This document shows positions 21,601-32,000 of a stretch of 64,000 bases of DNA, one piece after another. The notes beneath the pieces are model-generated. The model had not been told where the DNA came from. It ran no database searches and saw nothing but the letters and a program-made list of their open reading frames with translations. The stretch is from a virus (taxonomy: Duplodnaviria; Caudoviricetes): the IMG/VR virus record IMGVR_UViG_3300033075_001674, positions 1-64,000 of that record, one strand, 5' to 3'. Both the position numbers and the translations under genes were made by a program. Numbering within the stretch: position 1 is the first letter of the stretch; every line of letters begins with the position of its first letter.

Positions 21601-21794
21601 AGCTCTTCTCCCCCGAGCTCACGGCCTCCCCCGCCTCCGATGCGCTCGCACAGCTACGGGAGCTCATGCTGCAGGTGGCTCGTTCGATGGAGGAAGAAGG
21701 GGAGTCGGAGCAGCTAGACTACCTGGATGGCGAGGAGGAGTTCGAGCTCCCGGACGATCGGAACCGCGCCGAAGTATTCGACGGAAGCGGGTAA
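18609..21794 (+). CDS. large virion structural protein (baseplate/tail appendage)
   Basis: ATG 18609 (MTTVDEEL). Helical termini flank repeated beta-rich modules (AG.YS..E...ALN). Confidence 0.65.
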   Translation: MTTVDEELRRILAPPGGRSLNSTGVRVNTTGTGPLFQLSMAFHNNPDLVFEALSLGSAELESALSDTVNAVGQILEYITTLSAASPAPADPALLDTLRVLAEMLESTNPKELASSPAYQQWLSKSEEVLKGALAPQLRSDSVVVPPGEARRLGLQTMRLLTEALADLENRAELLATAFTSFEQAPVNAALKEHVLKEVRRGIAIQQEKLKSVGTLSGDEASVLLASRAALRQVSSSTLPEKVLSLEGTILAEPDSELYPANPPEVTASAGPYFIPDPVYVTVSHEGETEVLQFGPTGYPTLFATTNEEYTWGSSAVEGSAGPFTLASTSRLQLFFETDGGVRLDLSVEIAAGSYSVAEMSTALNDAWAALGVTEWVEASESAGVLVTPTSGSMAFGTGPLNTTLGLDGTGGILIPGVGPGTLLSSAEPFDLSSNPTLMFIATRSGLSVVVEVDLSGLGGSASAAQVRDAINPRLVTLGVDAGFEAFVSSGKLDLKAATTSDILTLLPCGALSPLGLEEGTVIQGTPEARTLVLNASYVASTAVDEGTYSAESLADLLQDGLGSDFRVLAVGVPGSRSITVAYVASDWQTTSLSSSSTGMGAYLGMSTYATTATDTGAGALAASLQRQSRLTFSTPVQVDPLEGVAEAVLSRATFRFFQHQGVADLTTEGANQLTLTRSSAWESSVGDYLVLLSGSDSDSVWEITEVDGVTLRAAGDITPAATGSVRWGAGPNLGDRTGHQLRVLEGPLTGTYRVASTRTPLEVELETGPTQAGQGSAELGEVSLRITGVGTSDLLLTGDDKLSFLPNTIISPDLYLLKKSTTSWLRISSPLDVAVGDYLEWRSYGTVLESYRVLEVAEAGAVIRVDLSVTPTFDKTYSTQDIYNSSYRIVSTRYARMLQGQEELRSWRDGSSARTALLTSAKSSVLQALQRRSPTPGMVARASQDLAALVEAYQASLTGTSTLRGTPVGDRMDHLLDMLDESGSATHERALRRCDLSQLFSPELTASPASDALAQLRELMLQVARSMEEEGESEQLDYLDGEEEFELPDDRNRAEVFDGSG

Positions 21795-21814
21795 AAGAGC
21801 GAAAGGAGATCAAC

Positions 21815-22141
21815 ATGTTCCTGACGCTCGACAACGGTAAGGAAATCCCCCTCACGGGGCGTAACAGGGCGGTCATGAAGGCGCTCCTGCAGGTGGAGGA
21901 TTGGGCGAGTGCCCTGGCTTTCGCCGGGGAGCCCCTGAAGACCCTGGAGGAGCTGCACACCCTCGTGAAGTCCGTGGACTCGGCCCAGAACCTCCACGAC
22001 CTCGGTACGTCGATCCGGTCCATGAAGCGCGCCATCGAGAGCGCTTTCCCTGGGTGGGCCACCGCGTACCTGCAGGCTACGGATGCGGTACGGTCCCAGT
22101 TGCGCGCAGAGGTGGAAGCGGCGCTGAAGGAGGAGACGTGA
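21815..22141 (+). CDS. hypothetical protein
   Basis: AAGGAG SD before MFLTLDNG. Confidence 0.65.
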   Translation: MFLTLDNGKEIPLTGRNRAVMKALLQVEDWASALAFAGEPLKTLEELHTLVKSVDSAQNLHDLGTSIRSMKRAIESAFPGWATAYLQATDAVRSQLRAEVEAALKEET

Positions 22142-22473
22142 GCGACGATCAAGCTCTCGCCCTCCTCCGGGAGTGGGTCCGCCAGGGGATGGACCTCCTC
22201 AACAGCACGCTCGCCGCCTGGATCCAGGCGGAGATCTCCAGGAACGCGATGCGCAACGCTCTCCTCGCACGCGGAGAGGCGCTGCGCTGCGCTGTGATGG
22301 TGATCGATAAGCTGCGCTCCGGTCAGCCCTGCGAGAAGGAGTACCGGGACTATCAAGAGGCCCTGATAGCCTTGCAGCATGAACAACTCGGAGCGAAGGA
22401 AGCTCATCAGCCGCGTAGCAACCCTGCTTCAGACGCAGGATCGGACCCGGGGGCTGGCCAGTCTTCAACTTGA
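22138..22473 (+). CDS. hypothetical protein
   Basis: GTGA coupling with a GGAGGAG SD. Confidence 0.55.
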   Translation: MSDDQALALLREWVRQGMDLLNSTLAAWIQAEISRNAMRNALLARGEALRCAVMVIDKLRSGQPCEKEYRDYQEALIALQHEQLGAKEAHQPRSNPASDAGSDPGAGQSST

Positions 22474-22630
22474 GGACTTCGCCCAAGAGGCCCTGGTGAC
22501 GCTCCAGGGGACCCCCGACCGCCCCACCCGGGCCCAGCGGGCCCGGGGCCTCCTCTCTCAGCTCACCAGCCTCCAGGAGGAGCTGGCATCCGCACCCCCA
22601 TCTCCCAAAAAGAACCCCGCAGTTAGCTAA
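22379..22630 (+). CDS. hypothetical protein
   Basis: Helical 83-aa ORF. Confidence 0.5.
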   Translation: MNNSERRKLISRVATLLQTQDRTRGLASLQLEDFAQEALVTLQGTPDRPTRAQRARGLLSQLTSLQEELASAPPSPKKNPAVS

Positions 22631-22658
22631 TCCTGGCGGTCAGGTGTAGTACATGCCA

Positions 22659-22675
22659 TACGTGTAATACACGTA
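22659..22675. promoter_or_regulatory. perfect palindromic operator candidate TACGTGTA-A-TACACGTA
   Basis: 8-1-8 inverted repeat ending 21 nt upstream of an RHH gene. Confidence 0.6.
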
Positions 22676-22696
22676 CGACCTGTATGACGACACACG

Positions 22697-22900
22697 ATGC
22701 CAACGAAGAAGCGAGCTGTTTCACCCCTGAGTGTTCGCTTGCCCCCCCTGGAGCTCCAGCGACTGGAAGAAGCGCTCGCCACGCTGTCGAAGCGCGTCGG
22801 GTTGCCCCTCCAAAAGTCGGACTTCGTACGGGCGGCGATCAACGAACGGGTCGAGAAGGTTCTACGGGAGAAGAAGCATGGTAACGCTGCAGTTGATTGA
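22697..22900 (+). CDS. ribbon-helix-helix (CopG/Arc-like) DNA-binding protein
   Basis: LSVRLP...RLE......KSDFVRAAI pattern. Confidence 0.75.
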   Translation: MPTKKRAVSPLSVRLPPLELQRLEEALATLSKRVGLPLQKSDFVRAAINERVEKVLREKKHGNAAVD

Positions 22901-23351
22901 CCAGACCTGGGTCAGGGAGCACGGCGACTCGGCGAGCCCTTCGAGGCTCCTGGAACTCGCCTCCTGGACCCTCCAGGCCTCCCCGGAGGTCCAGGATCTC
23001 TTGCGCAAGCTCCCCCCGTACTGCGTGGTGCGGCGGAGGGGTGAGCAGCCCCTGTCCCAGGCATTCACGGGGGACGTCGACTGGGAGAGGGTCCCCTTCT
23101 ACGGGACCTGCGGCGTGGTGGAGAGCTACCGCTCGCCCAATCTCGTCCGCGTCCACCAAGGACCTCGCTCCCCGGACTACGCCTGGGTACCCGTGGACGA
23201 GCTCGAATACGTCCGCCCGTTCGGATGCCTCAGCCCTGACTACATCAAGGCGCTGAGGCACCTTCACCGCACCTCTGTCCCTACCAAGCAAACGTCGGCC
23301 CTCGGCCGCATCAAGGAGAAGCTCTTTGACCGAATCAAAGGGGGTGGCTTA
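22878..23351 (+). CDS. hypothetical protein (ends at TTA 23349-23351; standard code to 23444)
   Basis: ATG 22878; the TTA overlaps the start region of the helicase gene. Confidence 0.55.
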
Positions 23352-25311
23352 CCCCGATCTCAAGCCGCTAGACCTCGTCGAGCAAGTGTTCGGCGAAGGT
23401 GGGATCCTGCACACCAGCGTGCCCGGGTATACACCCCGACCTGAGCAGATGAAGCTGGTGCACGCCCTGGCCCTGGCAGACATACGGGGGGAGACCCTGG
23501 TAGCGGAGGCTCCCTGTGGAACAGGGAAGACCTTCGCGTACCTGGTCGTTGCCCTCCTGTCTTCGCTCTGGGGGTCCCTCGGGAGCGGGTCGGTGTTGAT
23601 CACCACCGCAGGGATCTCTTTGCAGGAGCAGCTGGTGTCGAAAGACCTTCCCCGGGTGCTGAAGCTGCTGAAACCCTACGTTGGTGAGGTGGATGTCTTC
23701 CTCCAGAAGGGCATCAACAACTACCTCTGCCCCGCCAAGCTCAAGGACGAGACCCGCCCCCCGCTGGACCAGCTCCTCCCCGCTGACAGGCTTCGGTGGG
23801 TGTACCAGGCAATGGCGACAGGCAAGCGCAAGGGGGGCAAGTGGTGGGAGGGGATGGACCTCGGGACCGCACCCTCCGTGTTTCAGCCCAGGGAGCTGGA
23901 AGCCGTCTCCAGCAGCAGCAGGGAGTGTCTGGGAGCGAACTGCTCCCAGTACGCGAACTGTCCCGGCAAAAGCCTGGGTCGAGCAATAGGGGAGTCCCGG
24001 AGGAAGGTGGTGGTGATGAACCACCACCTGTACGCCGCGCTGAAGCTGTACGAGGGGACTGTGGTCGAGCGGGTGGTGGTGGACGAGGCCCACGAGCTCC
24101 CCGCGATCATACGGGACTTCCGTACGGCCACCCTGACGGAGGACTCCTACCGGAAGGAGGTGACCGCCCTCCTGCAGCGGGCGGTCGCCTTGGACGACCG
24201 TGTGGAGCAAGCACCCTCCTTCGAGCTGCTCCGCACAGCCCCCAGCCCCCTCAGCTACGTGCAGACCCCAGCCCCGCGTATCGTGCAAGCGGAGCTGAAG
24301 GAGGGGCTGGATAGCATCCTGGCGGCCCTCCTGGACCTGCGCCTCCTCATGCAGCTCGTGCCGGGAGACGCATGCGCCATGTGGCGCGCTCGCTGTGATC
24401 AGTTCCGCGGCGAACTCGCTACCTTCTCCGACGAAGGGCACAAGGTGGTCTTGCAAGAGAAGACCGGCGCTTCCGCGGGGCTCCAGCTCAACGCTATCCC
24501 GGAAGCCACCCCGATCAAGGGGGTGGACTGGTTCGTGTCGGCCACGATCCGCCACGCACGCAGCTACCGGACGTTCCTTCACAACGCGGGTTTGCCGGAG
24601 AGCACGCGGACTTTCACAGCCGACTCCCCCTTCGACTGGAAGAACCAGGTCCTCGCGTGCTTCCCCGAGAAGCACATGATCTCCCCCAAGCTGCCTCGCC
24701 CGATGTACGACGAGAAGCTCGGGAAGGTCGCGGTCGAAGTGGTGCGTCGCACTTCCGGCAGGGCGCTGTTTGCCTGCACCTCCTGGTCGAGCGTGAAGGC
24801 AGTCTCGGAGGCGATCCGGGGCAGTAACTCCCCCTACCAGGTGCTCGTCCAGGGGGAGATGGGTAAGACCGAGCTTATCCGGCGGTTCGCCGAGGACACC
24901 TCCTCCATCTTGGTGGGCACGCTGTCGATGTGGACCGGGGTAGATGTGCCCGGCGAGGCCCTGTCTTGTCTCGTGATCGACAAGGTGCCCTTCCGGGCTA
25001 TGGACGACCCCTGGCTCTTCATCCAGCAGCAGACGAACCCCGACTGGTTCGGGATGCAGGCGCTTCCCCTGGCGACCAACCTCATGGCACAGGGGTTTGG
25101 TCGCCTGATTCGATCGGTGTCTGACAGAGGGGCCTGCGTAGTCCTGGACCCCCGCATCCACCCCCGTCAGCACCCCGAAAGGAAAGCGTATGCCTCGACC
25201 GTCCTCTCGTCCGTCTTCCCCCCGACCTGCTCGCTCAGCTTCGATCTCGACAACCTCTCCGCCTGGCTGGCTGCCGGAGATGCTCAAGGGGGCGAGCAAG
25301 CGGCGCCTTGA
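23344..25311 (+). CDS. DinG/YoaA-family Fe-S DNA helicase
   Basis: Q motif RPEQ; EAPCGTGKT; four Fe-S cysteines (YLC...ECLGANCSQYANC); VVDEAH; SAT; WTGVDVPG; QGFGRLIR. Start is GTG 23344 or TTG 23326. Confidence 0.9.
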   Translation: MAYPDLKPLDLVEQVFGEGGILHTSVPGYTPRPEQMKLVHALALADIRGETLVAEAPCGTGKTFAYLVVALLSSLWGSLGSGSVLITTAGISLQEQLVSKDLPRVLKLLKPYVGEVDVFLQKGINNYLCPAKLKDETRPPLDQLLPADRLRWVYQAMATGKRKGGKWWEGMDLGTAPSVFQPRELEAVSSSSRECLGANCSQYANCPGKSLGRAIGESRRKVVVMNHHLYAALKLYEGTVVERVVVDEAHELPAIIRDFRTATLTEDSYRKEVTALLQRAVALDDRVEQAPSFELLRTAPSPLSYVQTPAPRIVQAELKEGLDSILAALLDLRLLMQLVPGDACAMWRARCDQFRGELATFSDEGHKVVLQEKTGASAGLQLNAIPEATPIKGVDWFVSATIRHARSYRTFLHNAGLPESTRTFTADSPFDWKNQVLACFPEKHMISPKLPRPMYDEKLGKVAVEVVRRTSGRALFACTSWSSVKAVSEAIRGSNSPYQVLVQGEMGKTELIRRFAEDTSSILVGTLSMWTGVDVPGEALSCLVIDKVPFRAMDDPWLFIQQQTNPDWFGMQALPLATNLMAQGFGRLIRSVSDRGACVVLDPRIHPRQHPERKAYASTVLSSVFPPTCSLSFDLDNLSAWLAAGDAQGGEQAAP

Positions 25312-25777
25312 GCGGAGCGCAGACGAGCGCTTGCGCATCTGGAGGGAACTGGCGTCGTCCCTCTACGCCTACGTCGCGCAGGAGGCCGGGGAGAAGAAAC
25401 CCCTGCCAGAGGGGTTCCTCGACGTGTACGGGCCTTTCCTGAAGGTACACACCGCCTTCCAGTCAGATCGCCGCCTCACGAGGCTCTACCTCCCCAACGG
25501 CAGAAACTGTCGTCTGCAGGAGAAGGACTTCACGGTCGACTCCCTCTGGGCTGCTGTGTGCACCAACTTCGCTCTCTGGAGACGGGGGGTAGACGCCATG
25601 CGCGAGAAGGACCCCTTCCAGGGGCTGGTGAAGAAGCTGAAGAAAAGGGGCATGTCCTCGGTGAGCTTGAGCAGAACGAAGTCCGCTGCGATGCTGTCCG
25701 TCGCTCTGGACACCCGTGAGCTCAGCCTGCCCCTGGACAAGCTCCTGGATGTGGTGATCCGACGCATGAGGCCCTTA
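25280..25777 (+). CDS. hypothetical protein (ends at TTA 25775-25777; standard-code TAG at 25807)
   Basis: The TTA directly precedes a terminator hairpin. Confidence 0.6.
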
Positions 25778-25784
25778 CCTTTGC

Positions 25785-25809
25785 AGGAGGAGGGCCTCCT
25801 CTTTTAGCT
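25785..25809 (+). terminator. intrinsic terminator with TTTTAGCT tail
   Basis: GAGGAG-GGC-CTCCTC-TTTTAGCT. Confidence 0.65.
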
Positions 25810-25827
25810 CCGAGGTACACTCCCCTC

Positions 25828-26475
25828 ATGTCCTACGACCTCCAGATCGTCTACCCGCAAGCGATCCTGCCGGTGAAGCAGGTGACTGCGGTGCCTGGGC
25901 TGGCCCCCATCACGCTGAGCATCTCCGGCGGGCCCTTCAACGATGTGGAGGAGGTGCGGATCAACGGGGTGGTCTCCCCATCGATCGTGGTGGTCTCCAC
26001 GCAGCAGATCCTCGCGGAGGTGCCAGCGTCGGAGCAGGGAGACATCCAAGACGTCGAGGTCCTCTCCTCCACCTTCTTTCTGTCCGACCAGGCGTTGTAC
26101 CGCTTCCGACTCGGCACCCAGACGCGCCTCGTCACAGGCCTCCCCAAGCTCATCCAGACCTTCTTGCGCATGCTTCTGCAGACCCCCGGAAGTTCCCTGC
26201 TGGCCCCGGAGGTCGGGGGCGGCCTGCTGGCCCTTACCCGGGCCCCTCTACGCCCCCTCGACGAGAAGTCCCTCCGGGTGTCGGTCTACCAGGGCGTGCA
26301 GAGGACCGCGGAAGCCCTGCTGACCTATCAGTCGCGTCTGGCGGGCCAACCCCGCACGGAGCAGCTGGCTGATGCTCGACTGCTGTCTTGCGGTTTCCCC
26401 CGGGGGAAGCTCTCGATGGAGCTAGCGTTGAGCAATCAGGCTGGACAGAGCGGACTGTCTCTCTTCGACCTGTTA
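25828..26475 (+). CDS. baseplate wedge protein (IPT/TIG-like plus gp25-like domain) (ends at TTA 26473-26475)
   Basis: LSISG..F..V..V.ING (TIG-like); G..KL.Q...R.LL.TPGS....P..GGGL (gp25/gpW-like); TACACT-N6-ATG promoter. Confidence 0.65.
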
Positions 26476-26485
26476 CCCTGGCGGC

Positions 26486-27484
26486 ATGAAGGTCTTGCGC
26501 GGATCCTACATGCAGCACGAGGGGCCCTGGTTCAGAGGAACGGCCCCCTTCAAGGCGAAACCGACGGATGAGCCGCTCTTCAAGCTGGTCGGGGTGACCA
26601 CCTCCACGGAGGGGGGCTGCTTCGACAGCGCCAACGGCTACGACTCGGCCGTGATCTCTCTCGGGCTCATCCAGATCATCCCGGTGGCGGGGCTCGGGGG
26701 TCTGCTGAAGAAGATCTTCGAGCAGGTGGGGGAGGACCAGCTTCAGATGGTGCGGAGCTGGGAGGCGCGGTTCGGCATCGACCTGATCGCGGAGATCAGC
26801 CGGCTGCCCAACCCGAACCTCGCTTTGCGCCTCTACGGGTGCTCGGGCAGGAAGGGCTCCTGGAGCGGGACGTGCTGGGAGCGTGCCGAGCAACTCTTCC
26901 AGGCGGTATGCCCCATCCTGGCGCTCCCCCAAGCTCAGCAGATCCAGCTGCATCACGTGAGCTCCCGGATTCTTACCTGGGTGATGCCCGACACCCAGAA
27001 GATCCTGTTTCAGGAGCTGCAGGGCACTGGCTGGCTAGGGGCTCTGCAGGCGGCGGTCACCTCCTTCAGCGCCAACAACCCGATGATCGCGGATCGCCAC
27101 TTCCGGAGGTACGTGGACAAGGAGGGCCCTCCGCAGGACACCCGGTCGTACGTCATCGGGGCCATCGACGCCATGACCTACGGTCCCAACATCGCGATCT
27201 ACCCGGCGAGGAAGGCGGCCATCCGCCCCGAGATCGAGCGGCTCTACGGAGTGAGCTTCGGGGAGGAGAAGACGCCTGCGAGAGCCGCAATGGATCCCTC
27301 CGACGTGCAGAGGATCCTGATCCGGCTCGGGTACGACCTCGGTCCGAGCGGGGCCGATGGGAAGTTCGGGTCGCTCAGCCGTATGGCGCTCGCGGAGTTC
27401 CAGCGATCCAGGAAGCTGGTGGCGGACGGCATCCTCGGCCCCAAGACGCTCGCAGAGCTGGCAAAAGAGCGCGATGAAAGCTAA
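26486..27484 (+). CDS. endolysin with C-terminal peptidoglycan-binding domain
   Basis: N-terminal EGG.FD..N.YD...ISLG.IQ lysozyme-like pattern; C-terminal VQ..L..LGY.LG..GADG.FG......FQ....L.ADGI.GPKT (PG_binding_1). Confidence 0.85.
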   Translation: MKVLRGSYMQHEGPWFRGTAPFKAKPTDEPLFKLVGVTTSTEGGCFDSANGYDSAVISLGLIQIIPVAGLGGLLKKIFEQVGEDQLQMVRSWEARFGIDLIAEISRLPNPNLALRLYGCSGRKGSWSGTCWERAEQLFQAVCPILALPQAQQIQLHHVSSRILTWVMPDTQKILFQELQGTGWLGALQAAVTSFSANNPMIADRHFRRYVDKEGPPQDTRSYVIGAIDAMTYGPNIAIYPARKAAIRPEIERLYGVSFGEEKTPARAAMDPSDVQRILIRLGYDLGPSGADGKFGSLSRMALAEFQRSRKLVADGILGPKTLAELAKERDES

Positions 27485-27746
27485 GAACCCGCCCGTAACG
27501 ATCAACATCCTCGATGACCTGCGCGCCGTGAAGGCGTCCGGGAAAGTGACCTGGGACCTCCAGAAGAGGCAGGGGGAGGGATGGCGCTTCCTAGGGAACT
27601 ATCCCGACCTTCCGGCCTTGCTGGGAGCGGTGGTTCGCCGCAGCCCGGAGGCCCTCTTCCCCGTCGGCACCGCGCACCTGACCCTCGATCAGATCCTCGT
27701 GCGGTTCGACGAGACGATCCTGGAGATGTCCGCCCTCTGCAAGTTA
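27474..27746 (+). CDS. hypothetical protein (ends at TTA 27744-27746; standard code to 28112)
   Basis: The TTA falls just before the promoter motif of the next gene; the remainder is off-frame junk. Confidence 0.6.
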
Positions 27747-27771
27747 GGGCGCTGGCGCGGCATAAGGAGGT

Positions 27772-28992
27772 ATGAGCAAATCCGACTCTACATCCATCCC
27801 GCTGTACCCCGTTCTCGTCGTCGCCCACGACATCGGTCGCCTGGAGGACCAGCTCACGACCATGCTGAAGGCCCGGGGGCTCGACCCGGAGTTCCGGGAG
27901 TTCTCCCACCTGCCATCCCCGAAGAACCTCTCCTCCCGGTTCTTCGCGGTCATCTGCTTCCGCGACCTGGCGGTGGCGATGCACATGAACCGCGTGAAGA
28001 CCGCGACGAACCATGCCAACGTGCCGTACCTGGTCCTGCAGCGGAAGTCCTCCTCCTGGGTGGAGACACTGGACCCCCACCTCCCCCCTGCCCCGGAGAC
28101 ATCCCGCCCTGACATGCTCGCCTACCTCACAGAGAAGGGGGACGGGCGTTGCTGGGGCTGGCACCTCGCCGTCCTGCAGAACCACCCTGCGCTCAAGGGT
28201 ACCTACCCCGCGAACCTCTCCAGCAGGGAGGACCTGCTGGCGTACATCGATCGCCTGGGCCCGGAGTCTCTTCCCGAGAGCCTGCGGCCCAAGCGACAGA
28301 TCACCGATGCCCCGGTGCCTCCCCCCGCCCCCCCCTCCTCATCCTCCCCTCCGGCTGCAGTGCAGGACCCCGAGCCTGCGAGCAACCGGATGCACCAGGC
28401 AACGCTGGACGCTATCCGCACCGCGTACGACTCGCTCCGGGAGGAGTACGACCTCCTGAAGCCGGAGTACGACGAGATGGCCGCCAAGTTCGAGGGGCTT
28501 GTCAACGAGCGAGACACGGCCAAGAACGAGCTGAGCTCCGCTCGCGAAGCGATCGCGGACCTGAACAAGCAGCTTGCCCTCCTCTCCGCCGAGATCGGGA
28601 AGAAGCAGGACTACGTAAGCCCAACGGCCCTGCAGACGCTCTCGGAGAAGTGGAAGTCAGAGGGGCGCAAGGCGGCAGAGGAGAAGTCTTCCGAGATGAT
28701 CCGGGACCTGAACAGCCAGGTCGACCTTCTGCGGGTCGAGCTACGCAACGCAGACGAGGAGCTCGTCAACCAGGAGCAGATCCGATCCTCTCTCAACGAC
28801 CGGATCACCCATCTCTCCCGTGAGCTGGAGGCGCTCCGGTCCAAGAAGACAGCCCCCAAGGGGCTTACGCCAGCGGCCCACCAGCCCCTCGCACCGGAGA
28901 TACTCACCAGCCTGGAGCGGTCGGTCGCGGAGGGCTTCCTCTCGTACGAAGAGGGCTTCAAGCGCCTGCTTCTGCGAGTGCGCAAGCCGTTA
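27772..28992 (+). CDS. coiled-coil protein (ends at TTA 28990-28992; standard-code TAG at 29025)
   Basis: Long heptad region; the TTA immediately precedes a terminator-like hairpin. Confidence 0.65.
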
Positions 28993-29027
28993 GAGGGCAA
29001 CTCCGGGGGGAGGCGTTCTTTTTAGCT
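28992..29027 (+). terminator. terminator-like hairpin with TTTTTAGCT tail
   Basis: AGAGGGC..CTCC-GGGG-GGAG..GTTCTTTTTAGCT. Confidence 0.5.
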
Positions 29028-29043
29028 CTGGTATGCTGCCGAG

Positions 29044-32000
29044 ATGAGCGACAGAGAGGATGACCGACCCCTGAGCGTGGCCAAGGACTTGACCCGAGAC
29101 CTGGCCGTAGCGGGTGCAGCACACGCCGGGCACCTCAACCGCGTAAACATCATGACCCTCGTGCAGGGTAAGCCCCCCTATACCCTCGCACGACCTGAAC
29201 TCATCGACGCCCTCAAGCGGGAGGCGGGTGTGCCAGGTCTCTCCTATCAGCTCGGTAGGGGGTCCTACAACCCCGAGACCAAGGTGGTGAAGCACTTTGG
29301 CAACGCTGCGGTCCTGGCTCACGAGCTCGGGCACGCACAAGTGGACCACGCGCCCGTGGTGGGTGGCACGATCACCCCCACCGTCCGTGCCTCCAACAAC
29401 AGCACAGGGATCTCCGCCCTTGCGCGAGCTGCTTTGCCGGAGGGGAAGCTCCGGGACGCAGCCCCTTACCTGGTACACGCTCCGAGGCTTCTCCACGAGC
29501 TAGCTGCTAACGCCCAAGGGTATCGAACCTTGCGGAACGCTGGAGCACGGCCAGAGGAGCTGCGGGACGGCAGGAAACTACTACTGCGGTCTGCGGGGGC
29601 ATATCTGCTCGGCGAAGGATTTCTCGCGGTGCGAGACGACTTTCTTACTCGTCCGGTGGCCCGTCTGCGAGACATGGTCTTCGAGGAGAAGAACGCGGAC
29701 CACGCTGGAGACAGGTTCGAGGAGCGGTTGCCCGGGGTGGACCCTTCGGTCCTCCAGGATGCGCGGGAGTACGCCCGCCACATCCCGAAGGGTCCAGAGC
29801 AGCGGCTACATCTTCCCCTGATCCAGGACAACAAGCTGCTGGGGTACGCCGCCTACAAGAGGGTCGGTCGCGCGGGGAAGCCCGTCCTTGCTACAATCCT
29901 GGGACCCGAGATGCACCCGAGAAATAGCTACCTCTTGCCCACATCCCCCACTGCACATCTGGAGGAAGGGGAGATCCGCTCCTTCCTGTCGGACTTCCGG
30001 GAGGAGGCCAGGAAGCGCAACCTCAACGTGTTCGTCGTGGCGGACAACCCCAGGGGAGGGGCTTCTGTTTCGCTGGGGCTAACCCAGAGCCCCGCGGTGG
30101 CCAATGCCCGGAAGGCTCACACGGAGTGGGAGACCGCTGCGGGACACGACCCCCACCACGACTGGGGGAAGCCGAAGACCGCGGCCAACCGCATGACCAA
30201 GATCCTGGACCAGGCGAAGAAGCTCGCCCCCGCTTCGGTCATGGGCACCCTCCCCAAGAGCAAGCAGGTGGTGATGGACCAGGCAGCGGCGCTGCTTGAG
30301 CACCCGCGCACCTCTGATGTTGCGAGTCTGCTTCCTCACAGGCCGAAGAGCCTATTCGACCTACATCTGGACGTGGCCAAACCCGTGGAGGGAGATCTGG
30401 CGAGCCTGATGGCGGAAGCGCGCAACCCCGCTACGCCTGCCTCGCGCCTAGCGCAGCTCGCCCACATGAAGCACGCACCTCTCATCGAGGCAGCTGCTAC
30501 AAACCCCTCTGCGGGCGGAGGGATGGAGTACCTGCACCAGATCCGCCCTGACCTGGCGGAGGCCAACCCGGCTGCACCGCTACATCGGTTGATGAACGGG
30601 GGCGAACTCCCGAGGATTCCGGACGCGGAGTTCAAGGACATCCGCCGCAACGTTATCCTCAACTCCCGGCTATCGGCCATCGGTGAAGGGCGGAATCCGG
30701 TATCCCAAGGGGTCATGCGACGGTTGCTCCTCCAGGTCCCGTTTGATCCTCTTCCCTTCCGTGCCCCTGGGATGGCGAAGGAGAACATGCGTATCCCACT
30801 GTCCGGGCAGGTCGCGCACCCTACGTCAGACCCTGACTTCCTCGCCCACATGTCCCCCGTGTCCCGCCAGTTGTCGGGCAAGCTCCTCCGGGAGTCCCAG
30901 AAGACCGCAGCGCCCAGGACCAAGATCTACGCTGGTCTGCGCGTGCGCATCGACCGTCCCGCGGGCTACGTCCAGAAGGGCAAGGACGCTGAGGGCAACA
31001 CCTGGGAGCGCACGTACAAGTGCGACTACGGCTACCTCGCAGGAACCCAGGGAGGGGATGGTGACGGGATGGACGTCTTCCTCGGCCCCGACCCCGACGG
31101 CCAGGCGTTCCTCATCCACCAGAAGAAGGTGGACGGCAGCTTCGACGAGTACAAGATGATGCTCGGGTTCAAGGACGCCTACAGCGCGAAGGCGATGTAC
31201 TTGCAACACGTCCCGGCGCGCTTCCTCGGCAAGATCGAGCGTGTCCCGGTGGGTCTCCTCCAGGGCCTCACGGGACGCGCGGTGGATCACAGCAAGGTGG
31301 CTGCCCCGGCTTGGGTGAAACGCCTTCGGGGCACCCTGTCTGCGGGGGGCCCGAGCGCGGAGATTCTGCAAGGGGTGAGGGCGTTGCCAGCTAGAAGGGT
31401 GCAGTAGCTATCCCCTGGCGGGCTGGAGGGTCCAGTGGATCTCATGGCAGGGGCTTCCTTCGGGGGGCCCGAGGGCCTGTTTGCTCGGAAGACCTACTCC
31501 CCCTGGGGGGGGCTCCACTCCGGAGAGAGTACGCGGACAATCCTTGCGGGAAAGAAGCGTATCGCGGACGCGGCGCATGCGGCAGGGGGCGAGACGGCGG
31601 AGGCGATCCCCCGCTTTCTGGGATCCAAGGTAACAGGGGAAGCGGGAGGGCTGAGAGCTCAGAGTGACCACACCTACTTCCCGGGGCTGAAGCAGCCCGA
31701 TCACCCGCTCGGTCCCGATGGGTTCCATGTCCAGACACCCGCTTTGCGGAAAGACGTCGCGGACACTGAGCGCTTGCTCGCACCCATCCCGGAGCGGGTG
31801 CTGGATGTCCCCATGCGAAATCCGCAAGAGCTGCTGGACGCTGGGCTTCCGGCACTCGGAGGCAACCCAGGGAACCTGCTTCGCGATTCGCAGGGGAGGC
31901 CCAAGCTGGTGGACTTTCTGCCGGAGGAGGTCTTGCACATCCCCTTCCAGAGCACGCATCGGCCCCCTATGAGGGGCATGTCCGCGGAGAATCTCGTGCG

